A stretch of 64,000 nucleotides of DNA from the NCBI GenBank assembly GCA_048859965.1, contig JBLIZO010000015.1, positions 3,127 to 67,126 of the forward strand. The letters are read 5' to 3'. The notes below the pieces were generated by a model. The model searched no databases, was not told the DNA's origin, and was given only the letters and a program-made list of their open reading frames with translations. Made by a program: the position numbers and the translations under genes. Positions within the stretch are counted from its first letter, which is position 1. Each line of letters starts with the position of its first letter. This document shows positions 19,881-34,478 of the stretch, piece by piece. Source of the stretch: Fluviibacter sp. Its GTDB lineage: Bacteria; Pseudomonadota; Gammaproteobacteria; Burkholderiales; Rhodocyclaceae.

Positions 19881-20375
19881 ATGGCTGAAAACAACCAGAG
19901 CAACGACCAACAAGCCGCTGAGCAACAGGCACCGGCGCAACCCATGTTTGGTATCGAGAAGCTGTACGTCAAAGATCTGTCGCTGGAAGTGCCTGGCGGT
20001 GCCGAGGTGTTTCTGCAACCGCAGGCGCCAGAGGTTGGTGTCGAATTCAAGACGGCCTTCGCGCAACTCGGCCCGGATGTGTTCGAAGGCGTGCTGCAGG
20101 TCACCGTGACCGCCAAGGCTGCCGACAAGGTGTACTTTCTGATCGAAGTACAGCAGGCGGGCATTTTCCGCGTTGCCGGTGTGCCCGAAGAGGCACTGCG
20201 CCCGTTCCTGGCGTCAGCCGTGCCGAATATCCTGTTTCCGTATGCCCGTGAAGCGGTGTCGGATGCAACGGTGCGTGCCGGATTCCCGCCGGTGGTGTTG
20301 CAGCCGGTGAACTTCGACGCGATGCCGCAGGCGTCGGAAGATGATACCGCTGAAGCACCGACGACGATTCAATAA
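19881..20375 (+). CDS. secB: Protein-export chaperone SecB
   Basis: LYVKDLSLE, QAGIF, ILFPYARE, GFPP...PVNFD. Confidence 0.95.
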   Translation: MAENNQSNDQQAAEQQAPAQPMFGIEKLYVKDLSLEVPGGAEVFLQPQAPEVGVEFKTAFAQLGPDVFEGVLQVTVTAKAADKVYFLIEVQQAGIFRVAGVPEEALRPFLASAVPNILFPYAREAVSDATVRAGFPPVVLQPVNFDAMPQASEDDTAEAPTTIQ

Positions 20376-20385
20376 GGTATTGCAC

Positions 20386-21390
20386 ATGACGCAAGCAGCC
20401 CGTTTACAGATCGGCGTGTTGGCCGCTGGCGCCTGGGGAACGGCGCTGGCCGCCAATTGGGCGCAGCGTCATCACGTCGCTATCTGGGCGCGTGAGCCCG
20501 AGGTGGTTGCCAGTATCAACAAGGATCACGTCAATCACCAGTTCCTGCCAAAGATCAGCCTGCCGGTTAACCTGAAGGCCACCGGCGATCTGGCCGATCT
20601 GTGTGCGTCCGATGTGCTGGTGTTGGCGACGCCGGTCGCGGCGTTGCGGGTTACCGTTCAGGCGCTCAAGTCCGTTTATGGCGACCGTCCGCTGTCGCCG
20701 CTGGTCTGGGTCTGCAAGGGCTTCGAACCGAAGACGGGTTTATTACCGCATCAGGTGGTGCGTGACGTGCTGGGTGATATTGCGGCTGCGGCGTTATCCG
20801 GCCCGAGCTTCGCGCAGGAAGTTGCCCGTCAGTTGCCAACGGCCGTGACCATTGGCGCGGCAGATCTGGCGCTGGCCGAACAACTGGCTGACTGGCTGCA
20901 TACGCCGAGTCTGCGTCTGTATGCCTCGGGTGACGTGGTCGGCGTCGAGGTCGGTGGTGCGGTCAAGAATGTGCTGGCCATCGCCACGGGTATTTGCGAT
21001 GGTCTGTCGCTGGGGCACAACGCGCGTGCGGCATTGATGACGCGGGGCATTGCGGAAATTGGTCGTCTTTGCGAACGGCTGGGCGGCAGCCGCGAAACGC
21101 TCATGGGGCTTTCTGGCCTGGGCGATCTGATTCTGACATGTACGGGTGATCTGTCGCGCAATCGTCAGGTCGGGCTGGCGTTGGGCCAGGGCAAGACCTT
21201 GGAAGAAACACTGGCCGCGTTGGGTCATGTGGCCGAAGGTGTCGGTACGGCGCGTGAAGTGGCACGATTGGCGCAGGAACTGCAGGTCGAGATGCCGATT
21301 GCATGTGCGGTGGCGGCAGTCATTGCGGGTGATCTCAAGGCGCAGGATGCCGTCGTACAGCTTATGAACCGGGCGCAGCGCGCCGAGTAA
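20386..21390 (+). CDS. gpsA: NAD(P)H-dependent glycerol-3-phosphate dehydrogenase
   Basis: AGAWGTALA, SGPSFA, GAVKNV, GDLILTCTGDLSRN. Confidence 0.95.
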   Translation: MTQAARLQIGVLAAGAWGTALAANWAQRHHVAIWAREPEVVASINKDHVNHQFLPKISLPVNLKATGDLADLCASDVLVLATPVAALRVTVQALKSVYGDRPLSPLVWVCKGFEPKTGLLPHQVVRDVLGDIAAAALSGPSFAQEVARQLPTAVTIGAADLALAEQLADWLHTPSLRLYASGDVVGVEVGGAVKNVLAIATGICDGLSLGHNARAALMTRGIAEIGRLCERLGGSRETLMGLSGLGDLILTCTGDLSRNRQVGLALGQGKTLEETLAALGHVAEGVGTAREVARLAQELQVEMPIACAVAAVIAGDLKAQDAVVQLMNRAQRAE

Positions 21391-21402
21391 TCTAGGGCAA
21401 CG

Positions 21403-21909
21403 CTAAACGGCGCCAACGAAGCCGTTTTGGCGCCAGATTTCAAAGGCCACAATCGACGCCGAGTTGGCCAGATTCAGGCTGCGAATCTCGGGGCGCATCG
21501 GAATACGCAGCCGTCGATCCGGGCTGAAGCCGGCCAGAATGTCGGGTGGCAGTCCTTTGGTCTCACAGCCCAACACGATCACATCGTCCGGACGAAAGGC
21601 GACTTCATGGTAGGGGCGGCTGCCTTTGGTCGTCATCGCGAACAGGCGGCGCGGTTGTGCGTCATCGGTACCCGTGCAACCCAAAGCCGACAGACAACTG
21701 GCCCAGTCGTCATGCACCTGTAAAAACGCCTGATCGTGATAATCCAGCCCGGCGCGACGCAGTGCGCGATCGTCCACATCGAAACCAAGCGGTCTGACCA
21801 GATGCAGTTCAAAACCCGTAGCGGCCGACACGCGGATCAGGTTGCCGGTATTCGGCGGGATTTCCGGGTGGACAAGCACAATGGCGGGGCGTTGGGCGGG
21901 CAGTTTCAT
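21403..21909 (-). CDS. trmL: tRNA (C/U34-2'-O)-methyltransferase
   Basis: PEIPPNTGN, RAGLDY, G.ETKGLP, RSLNLAN; start uncertain. Confidence 0.92.
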   Translation of the reverse strand: MKLPAQRPAIVLVHPEIPPNTGNLIRVSAATGFELHLVRPLGFDVDDRALRRAGLDYHDQAFLQVHDDWASCLSALGCTGTDDAQPRRLFAMTTKGSRPYHEVAFRPDDVIVLGCETKGLPPDILAGFSPDRRLRIPMRPEIRSLNLANSASIVAFEIWRQNGFVGAV

Positions 21910-21928
21910 CAGCGGGTGAAGGGGGTGT

Positions 21929-22705
21929 TCAGGGGGTGAGGGTGCGGGCGACAACGGCGATGTCAACCTGTGTCGCGCCGGCCTGGCGCAGGGTGTCTGC
22001 GCAGGCCGACAGACTGGCTCCCGTGGTCAGGACGTCATCCACCAGGAGCACGCGCGGTGTGTTGAGGGGGTGCGGGCAGCCGAAGGCGCCGATCAGATTA
22101 TGCCAGCGTGCATCACGATGCAGTCCGGCCTGTGGCGGCGTATCGTGCAGCCGAAGCAGTGCATCATAGGCACAGGGAACCGCCAAATGTCGCGACAGGT
22201 GGCGGGCGATTTCAGCCGCCTGGTTAAACCCTCGCGCCCGCAGCCGATTCGGGTGCAGCGGCATGGGTACAATCAGGTCCGGACGGGGCTGCCCGGTAGT
22301 GGCCCAGTCGGCCAACAGTGTTTCGGCCAGATGATCCGCGAAGAAACGCCCCAGATACAGATGGTGGCCGTATTTGAAATCGCGAATCAGGGTGTCGAGC
22401 GGAAAAGCATAGGCCCACACCGCGGTTGCGCGATCAAAGCTCGGGTGGTGTCGGGTGCAGTCCGGGCACGTTGAGAGCCCGCCAGTTGCGGGTAGCGCGC
22501 ATTGTGGGCAGCGCACTGGCGGCAATATGGGCAAATCATCGGCGCACGCCGGACAGAGAGGCGCCGCCCCGCTGGGCAAATGGCATAGTGCGCACGACTG
22601 CGCGAGCAGCGCATCGGCCATCGGTTGCACCAGCGTGCGTCGGCACCAGTCAGCGAGGTGTCCGGTAAGGCGGGCAGCGCCGGATTGGGTGTGCGGGGTG
22701 AGCAT
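21929..22705 (-). CDS. comF: ComF family protein
   Basis: Double zinc ribbon CxxC motifs, RGFNQA, LLVDDVLTTGAS. Confidence 0.9.
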   Translation of the reverse strand: MLTPHTQSGAARLTGHLADWCRRTLVQPMADALLAQSCALCHLPSGAAPLCPACADDLPILPPVRCPQCALPATGGLSTCPDCTRHHPSFDRATAVWAYAFPLDTLIRDFKYGHHLYLGRFFADHLAETLLADWATTGQPRPDLIVPMPLHPNRLRARGFNQAAEIARHLSRHLAVPCAYDALLRLHDTPPQAGLHRDARWHNLIGAFGCPHPLNTPRVLLVDDVLTTGASLSACADTLRQAGATQVDIAVVARTLTP

Positions 22706-22759
22706 AAGGCATAATTATGCCTTTACAAAAGCAATTGACCGCCATGAGCGGGGTCCCTT

Positions 22760-23770
22760 ATGCAAACAGAGACGATGCCCCTGAATTTTGTGCCGCCGCG
22801 GCAGAAGACGAACGACCGCGCGACGGCGTCAACCGGTACCGGCCCTTGGTCTACCGAAGCCGTGCTCGAATTGATCGAGATGCCGTTTATGTCGCTGCTG
22901 GCGAAAGCGCATGCTGTTCATGCCGAACATTTCGACGAAAACGCCGTACAGCGTTCGACCCTGCTGTCGATCAAGACGGGTGGTTGTTCCGAGGACTGCG
23001 GCTACTGTTCACAATCGGCACGTTACGACACTGAAGTCGGTCGTGAAGCGTTGATGTCGAAAGAAGATGTCATCACGGCCGCCAAGGCTGCCAAAGAAGC
23101 CGGCTCGTCACGTTTCTGCATGGGTGCCGCCTGGCGTGGCCCGAAAGACAAGGACCTGGACCAGGTCGTCGATATGGTGCAGTCCGTTAAGGCACTGGGA
23201 TTGGAAACCTGTGTCACGCTCGGCATGTTGAAACCGGGGCAGGCGGAGAAGTTGGCGACGGCGGGTCTGGATTACTACAACCATAACCTCGATACCGACT
23301 CGGCGTACTACAGCGAAGTGATCAGCACGCACACGCATGAAGATCGTCTGGATACGCTGGATCGCGTCCGTCAGGCCGGTATTCACGTCTGTTCGGGTGG
23401 TATCGTCGGCATGGGTGAGAACCGCAAGAATCGCGCGGCGTTGATTGCGCAATTGGCCAATTTGGACCCGGTGCCCGATTCGGTGCCCATCAATAACCTG
23501 GTGCCGATTCCCGGCACGCCCATGGCCGGCGTTGACCCGGTGGATGGCATCGAATTCGTGCGTATGATCGCGGCCGCCCGTATCACCATGCCCACCTCGT
23601 GGGTGCGTCTGTCGGCCGGCCGCCAGGAAATGTCGGATGAACTGCAGGCCCTGTGTTTCTTTGCCGGCGCCAACTCGATTTTCTACGGCGAGCAACTGCT
23701 CACGACGGGCAACCCTGATACATCGCGTGATCAGAAACTGTTTGCCACATTGGGCTTGAAGGGCGTCTGA
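22760..23770 (+). CDS. bioB: Biotin synthase
   Basis: C.EDCGYC radical SAM motif, YNHNLDT, VRLSAGR, AGANSIF. Confidence 0.96.
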   Translation: MQTETMPLNFVPPRQKTNDRATASTGTGPWSTEAVLELIEMPFMSLLAKAHAVHAEHFDENAVQRSTLLSIKTGGCSEDCGYCSQSARYDTEVGREALMSKEDVITAAKAAKEAGSSRFCMGAAWRGPKDKDLDQVVDMVQSVKALGLETCVTLGMLKPGQAEKLATAGLDYYNHNLDTDSAYYSEVISTHTHEDRLDTLDRVRQAGIHVCSGGIVGMGENRKNRAALIAQLANLDPVPDSVPINNLVPIPGTPMAGVDPVDGIEFVRMIAAARITMPTSWVRLSAGRQEMSDELQALCFFAGANSIFYGEQLLTTGNPDTSRDQKLFATLGLKGV

Positions 23771-24687
23771 TGCCAGCGGGGGAGGCACCCCGTTTCCGGC
23801 GTTCCCGGATTCGTCGTGCCTTTGATCGATCGGCACGCGCTTTCAGCGGCAACGACTTTCTGTATCGCGAAATGGCGCGCCGCATGGGTGAGCGCCTTGA
23901 TATGGTACGCATTGCTCCAAAGCAGATTCTGGATGCAGGTTGTGGCTTAGGGGCAGATCGTCCGATGTTGAGCCACCGCTATCCTGAAGCGCAATGGCTG
24001 GGTGTAGATAGCAGTCAGGCGATGCTTGCAGCAGGCTGTGATGCTGATTTGGCCACCACGGGTTTTTTCCGGCGCTTACTCAATCAGGGTAGAGCCGCAC
24101 GGTCACACCGTGTCTGCGCGGATATCAATGCATTACCGGTTGCAGGACAAAGCATGGACCTGGTCTGGTCGAATGCAGCACTGCATTGGCTGGATGATTT
24201 GCCGGAGACCTTTAAGGAACTCAATCGGGTCTTGCAGGTCGGTGGCTTGCTGATGTTCAGTCTATTTGGCCCGGACACGCTGAAAGAGTTACGTTTGGCG
24301 GTGCAGCAGGCGGCGCCCGGATCTGCTGATCGCACGCTGTCGTTTACCGATATGCATGATGTGGGCGACATGCTGGTCAATGGTGGGTTTTCTGATCCGG
24401 TGATGGATATGGAAACACTGACCTTGACCTATGCCGACCCCTGGCAGGCGTTGCGCGAGTTGAAAGCCATGGGCTCTAGCGTTGCCACGTATTTTGCAGC
24501 GCATGGCCTCACGACAAAGCGTTTCTGGCAACAGGCGATTGCACATTGGCCGTGTGATGCCGAAGGTCGGTATACGCTGACTTTTGAACTGGTGCAGGGG
24601 CATGCCTGGAAGATGGCGCCAAAGCAGCATGAAGATGGGCGTGCCGTCGTTAACTTTATGCCCCGGCCGGATCGCCCAGCGCGCTAA
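23770..24687 (+). CDS. bioC: Malonyl-ACP O-methyltransferase (BioC-like)
   Basis: IRRAFDR, LDAGCG, WSNAALHW, GPDTLKEL, DMHDVGD; TGATG coupling to bioB. Confidence 0.82.
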   Translation: MPAGEAPRFRRSRIRRAFDRSARAFSGNDFLYREMARRMGERLDMVRIAPKQILDAGCGLGADRPMLSHRYPEAQWLGVDSSQAMLAAGCDADLATTGFFRRLLNQGRAARSHRVCADINALPVAGQSMDLVWSNAALHWLDDLPETFKELNRVLQVGGLLMFSLFGPDTLKELRLAVQQAAPGSADRTLSFTDMHDVGDMLVNGGFSDPVMDMETLTLTYADPWQALRELKAMGSSVATYFAAHGLTTKRFWQQAIAHWPCDAEGRYTLTFELVQGHAWKMAPKQHEDGRAVVNFMPRPDRPAR

Positions 24688-25490
24688 TGTCTGATCTCTG
24701 GGTAAAACTTGAAGCGGCCTGGCGTGCGTCAAGCACTGCTGAAAAATGCCAGGCTGTCGATGATTTGATACCGGTTTATCAGGCGCTTGTCATGGGTCAC
24801 CAACTGACGGAGAACGAACAGGTCGTGCCGGTGTGTGCGGATGTGGGCCGACCCGAGCGGCCTATTTGTGTACCGCCTAAATCGTTACCCTTTCGCAAGG
24901 CCGTTGATCAAGAAGGGCGGGCAGCGTTGCTGCACGCCATCGCCCACATCGAATTCAACGCCATCAATCTGGCGCTCGATGCGGCGTGGCGTTTCAGTCA
25001 TCTGGGGGCATCGTTTGTGCGTGATTGGATCGGTGTGGCGATTGAAGAAGCCTACCATTTCAACCTGATTGCCGAACGGATGGCCGTGCTGGATGTTCGC
25101 TACGGCGATCTGCCAGCGCATGCAGGCCTGTGGCGACTCGCCGAAGACACCGCCGATGATGTGCTGGTGCGTATAGCACTCGTGCCGCGCCTCATGGAGG
25201 CACGCGGTCTCGATGCCATGCCGCCGATTTTCAGAGCCTTTCAGGGGATCGGCGATAAACCCACGCTACGGGCGTTGTCGGTGATTGCCCGTGATGAAGT
25301 GCGCCATGTGGCGCTAGGCGACTTCTGGTTTCGTCACTTATGTGCGCAACAGGCCTTACCCGTGGCGGCAACATATCAAACGCTGATCGAGCGTTATCAG
25401 GCGCCCTGGCCACGCCCGCCGCTGAACGAGGCGGCACGGTTGGCCGCCGGGTTTGACGGCGCGGAACTCGACGACTTGCGCAGCAAATAA
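24687..25490 (+). CDS. Ferritin-like DUF455 protein
   Basis: HAIAHIEFNAINLALD, EEAYHF, EARGLD, DEVRHV. Confidence 0.85.
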   Translation: MSDLWVKLEAAWRASSTAEKCQAVDDLIPVYQALVMGHQLTENEQVVPVCADVGRPERPICVPPKSLPFRKAVDQEGRAALLHAIAHIEFNAINLALDAAWRFSHLGASFVRDWIGVAIEEAYHFNLIAERMAVLDVRYGDLPAHAGLWRLAEDTADDVLVRIALVPRLMEARGLDAMPPIFRAFQGIGDKPTLRALSVIARDEVRHVALGDFWFRHLCAQQALPVAATYQTLIERYQAPWPRPPLNEAARLAAGFDGAELDDLRSK

Positions 25491-25518
25491 AAAAAGGCAG
25501 TCCGCAGACTGCCTTTCT
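25490..25518 (-). terminator. Rho-independent terminator of cytochrome c4 (possibly bidirectional)
   Basis: aaaaaaggcagtc-cgca-gactgccttt. Confidence 0.75.
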
Positions 25519-25536
25519 CGTGATGCGCTACGTCGC

Positions 25537-26181
25537 TTACTGACGCAGGCCCGCAGCGTATTCAGCAACGGCCGACATCTGCTTGTCGGTCATCTTGGCG
25601 GCGATCGTACGCATCATGCCTTCCGGATCGTTGGCACGGGTGCCGTCACGGAACTGTTGCAGTTGCGCGACGATGTACTCCGGATGCTGGCCGGCCAGCG
25701 ACGGGTACTGGGCCGGCAGGCCGGCACCCGCGACGCCATGACAACCGGCGCAAGCCGGGATGCCCTTCTTCAAATCGCCCGCGCGCCAGAGTTTGCGGCC
25801 TTCGGTCACGAGTTTCTCATCCTTGGCGACAGCCGGCTTGAGCGTTTGCTTCGAGAAAAACTGCGCCAGCGCCTTGATATCCGCATCGGACAGCGGTGCT
25901 GCCATGCCGTTCATGACGGCGTTCTGGCGCAGCGCCGGTTTGCCGTCCGGCGATGCCTGGAAGTTTTTCAGTTGCTTGACGAGATAGGCGGCGTGTTGAC
26001 CGGCAAGACTCGGGTTGGCTGGAATCGTGCTGTTGCCGTCCGGGCCATGACAGGCGGCACAGACGGTTTTAGCGATGGCCGGTGCTTCGGTCGAAGCCGG
26101 GGTAGCCGTGGCGGCGGGTTCTTGGGCAACAGCCAGGGCGCTGACGGAGCACATCAGGGCGAATGCGACAGCACGGATCAT
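25537..26181 (-). CDS. Di-heme cytochrome c4
   Basis: Signal peptide, two CxxCH motifs (CAACH, CAGCH), P.LAGQH; divergent from yihA. Confidence 0.92.
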   Translation of the reverse strand: MIRAVAFALMCSVSALAVAQEPAATATPASTEAPAIAKTVCAACHGPDGNSTIPANPSLAGQHAAYLVKQLKNFQASPDGKPALRQNAVMNGMAAPLSDADIKALAQFFSKQTLKPAVAKDEKLVTEGRKLWRAGDLKKGIPACAGCHGVAGAGLPAQYPSLAGQHPEYIVAQLQQFRDGTRANDPEGMMRTIAAKMTDKQMSAVAEYAAGLRQ

Positions 26182-26280
26182 GTCCACACTCCAAACAGGA
26201 TGGTTAGCAATCCCTTCGCGAACGAAGGGTTCATTAATCGTTAAGGCTGTTATTCTAATACAACATCAACGAGGCGTATT

Positions 26281-30159
<3,879 letters not shown>

Positions 30160-30175
30160 GGTTTGGGCTTTGAGT

Positions 30176-30619
30176 CTAGCCGATCATCGGCAGCAGGGCG
30201 ACGCCGTCGCCACGTAAGCCCAGAAACGCCCAGAAGGGGATTTCCTGCTCCTGCCAATAATGGCTGGCTGCCTGAAAAGCGTCGAGCAGTTTTTGTACGC
30301 CCGTCGGGTCGCTGGCGATGAGGTTGTCGGCATCCTCGACCAGAATGACATAGCCTGTTGCCGGCAACCAGGAAAAGTCGCCAAGCATTTCGGCCAGGTC
30401 ATCCAGGTGGGCGGCCTCGTGCGCCGGGCAGGCCGTGGCTTTGGTGAGGATGGCCATGGCATCCGCCATGCGCGGTGTTTCGGCAAAATCCGCCACGATC
30501 AGCTGCAGATCGGCCTGGGCGCAGGCCTCGGCCAATGCGTCAATGCCGCCCGGCGTGAGATGGTATAACCCCGCCCGCTCATGGTCAGCGAGCAGGCGGG
30601 CGAAGGCGGCCGGATTCAC
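30176..30619 (-). CDS. Barstar-family protein
   Basis: LDDLAEMLGDFSWLPATGYVIL and C-terminal W....PFW resemble betaproteobacterial barstar-like proteins. Confidence 0.65.
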   Translation of the reverse strand: MNPAAFARLLADHERAGLYHLTPGGIDALAEACAQADLQLIVADFAETPRMADAMAILTKATACPAHEAAHLDDLAEMLGDFSWLPATGYVILVEDADNLIASDPTGVQKLLDAFQAASHYWQEQEIPFWAFLGLRGDGVALLPMIG

Positions 30620-30646
30620 GGACGGGCGCTGCCGGGTAACAGACGC

Positions 30647-32455
30647 TTAGGCAGGCGCCCTGGCGTCGGTAGCCGACGGCTGCGCAGCGGGCTGACGCAA
30701 ACGGATGTGTAACTCGCGTAGTTGTTTCTCATCCACCGGCGACGGGGCGTCGGTGAGCAGACACTGGGCGCGTTGCGTTTTCGGGAAGGCGATCACGTCA
30801 CGGATCGATTCGGCGCCGGTCATCATGGTGACGATACGATCCAGACCAAAGGCCAGGCCACCATGCGGCGGGGCGCCGTACTTGAGCGCGTCGAGCAGGA
30901 AGCCGAATTTCTGTTTCTGCTCTTCTTCGCTGATACCGAGGGCGCTGAACACTTTTTCCTGAACATCGGCACGGTGGATACGGACCGAACCGCCGCCGAT
31001 TTCCCAACCGTTCAGGGCGATGTCGTAGGCCTTGGCCAGGCACTTGCCCGGGTCAGAGGACAACAGATCGATATGGGCATCCTTCGGGCTCGTGAACGGG
31101 TGGTGGCAGGCATTCCAGCGCTTGTCATCTTCATCGTATTCGAACATCGGGAAGTCAACGATCCAGATCGGTGCCCACACAGTGCCGTTCATGAATTGTT
31201 TTTCGTGACCGATCTTGACGCGCAGCGCGCCCAGGGCATCGTTGACGATCTTGGTCTTGTCGGCGCCAAAGAAGATCAGGTCGCCGCTCTGGGCGCCGGT
31301 GCGCTCCAGAATCGTTTTGAGTGCGGTTTCGTGCAGGTTCTTGACGATCGGCGATTGCAGCCCGGTTTCGTTGGGTTGCGAAGCATCGTTGACCTTGATG
31401 TAAGCCAGACCCTTGGCGCCGTAGATGCCCACAAACTTGGTGTATTCGTCAATTTCGCCACGAGTCAGCGATGCGCCACCGGGAATGCGCATCGCGGCGA
31501 CACGACCACCGGTCGTTGCCGGGCCGCTGAACACCTTGAAAGCGACATCGGCGACGGCATCGGTCACATCGGTCAGTTCCAGCGTGACACGCATGTCCGG
31601 CTTGTCCGAACCGAAACGCGCCATCGCTTCGGCGTAGGCCATGCGCGGGAACGGGTTGGGCAGGTCGACATCCAGTGCGTCTTTGAACACGTAACGGATC
31701 AGGCCTTCCATCAGGCCCATGATTTCTTCTTCGCTCAGGAACGAGGTTTCGATATCGACCTGGGTGAATTCGGGTTGGCGATCGGCGCGCAGATCCTCGT
31801 CGCGGAAGCATTTGACGATCTGGTAGTAGCGATCGAAGCCGGCGACCATGAGGAGCTGCTTGAAGAGCTGTGGCGACTGCGGCAGTGCGAAGAACTGGCC
31901 ATCATGCACGCGCGACGGCACCAGATAATCACGTGCGCCTTCCGGCGTCGATTTGGTCAGCATCGGCGTTTCGATATCGATGAAGCCGTTATCGTCGAGG
32001 AAGCGACGGAAGGCACGGGCGACGCGATAACGCAATTGCAGATTTTTCTGCATGGCCGGGCGGCGCAGGTCGATGACGCGATGGGTCAGACGCACGGTTT
32101 CCGACAGATGCTCGTCGTCCACCTGGAAGGGTGGCGTGACGGACGGATTCAGCACCTCGATGTCGTGGCACAGAACCTCAATCCCGCCCGAGGCCAGCGT
32201 GGTGTTCTCCGTGCCGGCCGGGCGCGGGCGAACTTTGCCGGTGATCTTGAGGCAGAATTCGCCGCGTACCGATTCGGCAATCTGGAACATCTCCGGGCGA
32301 TCCGGGTCGCAGACGATCTGCGCCAGACCACTGCGGTCACGCAGAGCGATGAAGATAACGCCACCGTGGTCGCGGCGACGGTGCGCCCAACCGCAAAGGG
32401 TGACGATCTGTTCATTGAGCGAAGGGTTGAGGTCGCTGCAGTAATGAGTACGCAT
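30647..32455 (-). CDS. aspS: Aspartate-tRNA ligase (probably non-discriminating)
   Basis: [41 protein letters not shown]. Confidence 0.97.
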   Translation of the reverse strand: MRTHYCSDLNPSLNEQIVTLCGWAHRRRDHGGVIFIALRDRSGLAQIVCDPDRPEMFQIAESVRGEFCLKITGKVRPRPAGTENTTLASGGIEVLCHDIEVLNPSVTPPFQVDDEHLSETVRLTHRVIDLRRPAMQKNLQLRYRVARAFRRFLDDNGFIDIETPMLTKSTPEGARDYLVPSRVHDGQFFALPQSPQLFKQLLMVAGFDRYYQIVKCFRDEDLRADRQPEFTQVDIETSFLSEEEIMGLMEGLIRYVFKDALDVDLPNPFPRMAYAEAMARFGSDKPDMRVTLELTDVTDAVADVAFKVFSGPATTGGRVAAMRIPGGASLTRGEIDEYTKFVGIYGAKGLAYIKVNDASQPNETGLQSPIVKNLHETALKTILERTGAQSGDLIFFGADKTKIVNDALGALRVKIGHEKQFMNGTVWAPIWIVDFPMFEYDEDDKRWNACHHPFTSPKDAHIDLLSSDPGKCLAKAYDIALNGWEIGGGSVRIHRADVQEKVFSALGISEEEQKQKFGFLLDALKYGAPPHGGLAFGLDRIVTMMTGAESIRDVIAFPKTQRAQCLLTDAPSPVDEKQLRELHIRLRQPAAQPSATDARAPA

Positions 32456-32485
32456 GGGAGTTCGGGCTTTTCTTCAGGGTGGAAA

Positions 32486-33148
32486 TCAGTCGCCGGCGTA
32501 AGTGTCGGCAGTGGTTTTTGCGTTGAGTGCGGCAAGCGCGTCCGGATTCTTGACGGGTAGCGCGGCAGGTGCGACGACGCCCATTGAGATCAGGTACTTG
32601 AGGGCGTCTTCGACCGACATGTTGAGTTCGACGACCTCTGTTTTAGGCACCATCAGAAAGAAGCCGGAAGTCGGATTCGGTGTCGTCGGCACATACAGGC
32701 TGACCATGTCGTCGCCCAGATAGGTGGCAATTTCGCCCCCCGGGGTGCCGGTCAGGAAGCCGATGGTCCAACTGCCCGGGCGCGGATATTGCAACAGCAC
32801 CGCTTGACGGAAGGCCTGGCCGGAAGGCGAAAACACGGTGTCGGAAATCTGCTTGACACTCTGATAGATGGAGCGGACGACCGGAATGCGATGCAGCAGC
32901 GCCTCCCACCAGCGCACCAGCCGCTGGCCGATGAAGTTGGCGGTGAGCAGGCCCGTCAGAAAGACGATCAGCAGCGTCATCAGCGCGCCCAGGCCGGGGA
33001 TGTGGAAGCCCAGCAGCATGCGCGGTTGCCATTCATTTGGCAGCAACAGGACCGACTGATCCATCATGCCCAGGATGAACGACAGCACCCACAGGGTGAT
33101 GCCGAGTGGCGCCCAGATCAGCAGACCGGTAATGAAGTAGCGTTTCAC
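32486..33148 (-). CDS. DUF502 domain membrane protein
   Basis: YFITGLL, RIPVVRSIY, VPTTPNPTSGF; usual neighbour of aspS. Confidence 0.9.
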   Translation of the reverse strand: MKRYFITGLLIWAPLGITLWVLSFILGMMDQSVLLLPNEWQPRMLLGFHIPGLGALMTLLIVFLTGLLTANFIGQRLVRWWEALLHRIPVVRSIYQSVKQISDTVFSPSGQAFRQAVLLQYPRPGSWTIGFLTGTPGGEIATYLGDDMVSLYVPTTPNPTSGFFLMVPKTEVVELNMSVEDALKYLISMGVVAPAALPVKNPDALAALNAKTTADTYAGD

Positions 33149-33262
33149 GTTGTGTAGACCTTGGGATCAGATCCGTGGTAATTCGTCGAACCCTTGATTA
33201 TAGCGGACGCGCGCCGATACAGGGTGGATGCGGCGAACGGGGGCGCTGGTCGGGCGGTTGAC

Positions 33263-34474
33263 TCAGAGCACGGTACCGAGTTGAAAGATCGGCAGGTACA
33301 TGGCGATGACGAGTCCGCCGATGAGACCGCCGAGAATGAGCATGAGCAGCGGTTCCATCAGGGTGCCGAGCTGGGTGACGGATTCATCGACCTCGCGTTC
33401 GTAGATATCCGCCACTTTGTTCAACATGTCGTCCAGTGCACCGGATTCTTCACCGATCGCAACCATCTGCACCAATAAGGGTGGAAATGCCGTCTCCCCT
33501 GTGAGTGCCCGTGACAGGCTGTCGCCTTGGCGAATTTGTTGGTGCAGGGTTTGGCTGGCCTGTTTGAATACGTAGTTGCCGGTGGCGTTACCGGCCGGTA
33601 CCAGCGTATCCAGCAATGGAATACCGGCAGCATACAGCCCGGCCAGCGTTCGGCTCCAGCGCGCCAGTGCTGCCCGACGCAACAGGGTGCCCAGGATGGG
33701 TAGGCGCAGTTGCCAGCGGTCAGCGTTCTCCTGCCAGCGCGGGTTTCGGCGCCAGTAATGGGCGAATGTACCGCCACCAGCCGCCAGCAATGCTGCGGCG
33801 ACCAGGCCATAGTCCCGGATGGCGGCAGAGCCCTCGATAATCAGGCGGGTTGGCAACGGGAGCGCCGCACCGAAGCTGCTGAAGCTGTTTTCAAAGGCCG
33901 GCACGACGTAAACCAGCATCAGCACCGTGACGATGACGGCCATGCTCAAGATTGCCGCCGGATACGTTAATGCGCTGCGTAATTTGCCGCGAATCGCCAA
34001 CATCTTTTCCTGATAGTCGGCAATGCGGGTCAGCATGGCATCCAGCTGGCCAGACTGTTCTCCGGCGTCGATCAGCGTACAGGTCAGTTCGTCGAAGCTG
34101 TCGGGGTGGCGTGCCAATGCCGCGGCTAGCGCGCAGCCGGTTTGCAGATCGGCTCGAATCTGCAGCAGCAGGTGTGTGGCTTCCGGTTTTTCCTGGCTCC
34201 GCGCGATGATATCGAGCGCCGACAGAATCGGCACGCCGGCACGGATGAGCGTGGCAAGCTGGCGGAGCAGAAAGGCAACGGTTTTGGCCGCCAGGCGTGG
34301 CGCGCGCCGTCGGTTTCTGTGGACCCGGGTCGGCGTAACGCCCTGGCGTCGCAGTTCAATACGGGCGCTGACTTCACTGCGTGCGCGCAGTTCACCGGAC
34401 AGTCTGGCGCCCGTGCTGCCGATACCGGACCACTGGAAACGATATTGCTTCTGGCTGTTGTTCGTGCGGGCCAT
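33263..34474 (-). CDS. pilC: Type IV pilus/T2SS platform protein (PilC/GspF family)
   Basis: RQLATL..AGVP, AGEQSGQL, GEESGALD, MYLPIF; start uncertain. Confidence 0.88.
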   Translation of the reverse strand: MARTNNSQKQYRFQWSGIGSTGARLSGELRARSEVSARIELRRQGVTPTRVHRNRRRAPRLAAKTVAFLLRQLATLIRAGVPILSALDIIARSQEKPEATHLLLQIRADLQTGCALAAALARHPDSFDELTCTLIDAGEQSGQLDAMLTRIADYQEKMLAIRGKLRSALTYPAAILSMAVIVTVLMLVYVVPAFENSFSSFGAALPLPTRLIIEGSAAIRDYGLVAAALLAAGGGTFAHYWRRNPRWQENADRWQLRLPILGTLLRRAALARWSRTLAGLYAAGIPLLDTLVPAGNATGNYVFKQASQTLHQQIRQGDSLSRALTGETAFPPLLVQMVAIGEESGALDDMLNKVADIYEREVDESVTQLGTLMEPLLMLILGGLIGGLVIAMYLPIFQLGTVL

Positions 34475-34478
34475 CGCT

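Noticed and set aside
30722-32560. 612-aa + strand ORF
   Set aside because: Antisense shadow of aspS. The same applies to long ORFs opposite glyA, ribD, rplM-rpsI and the Mrp genes.
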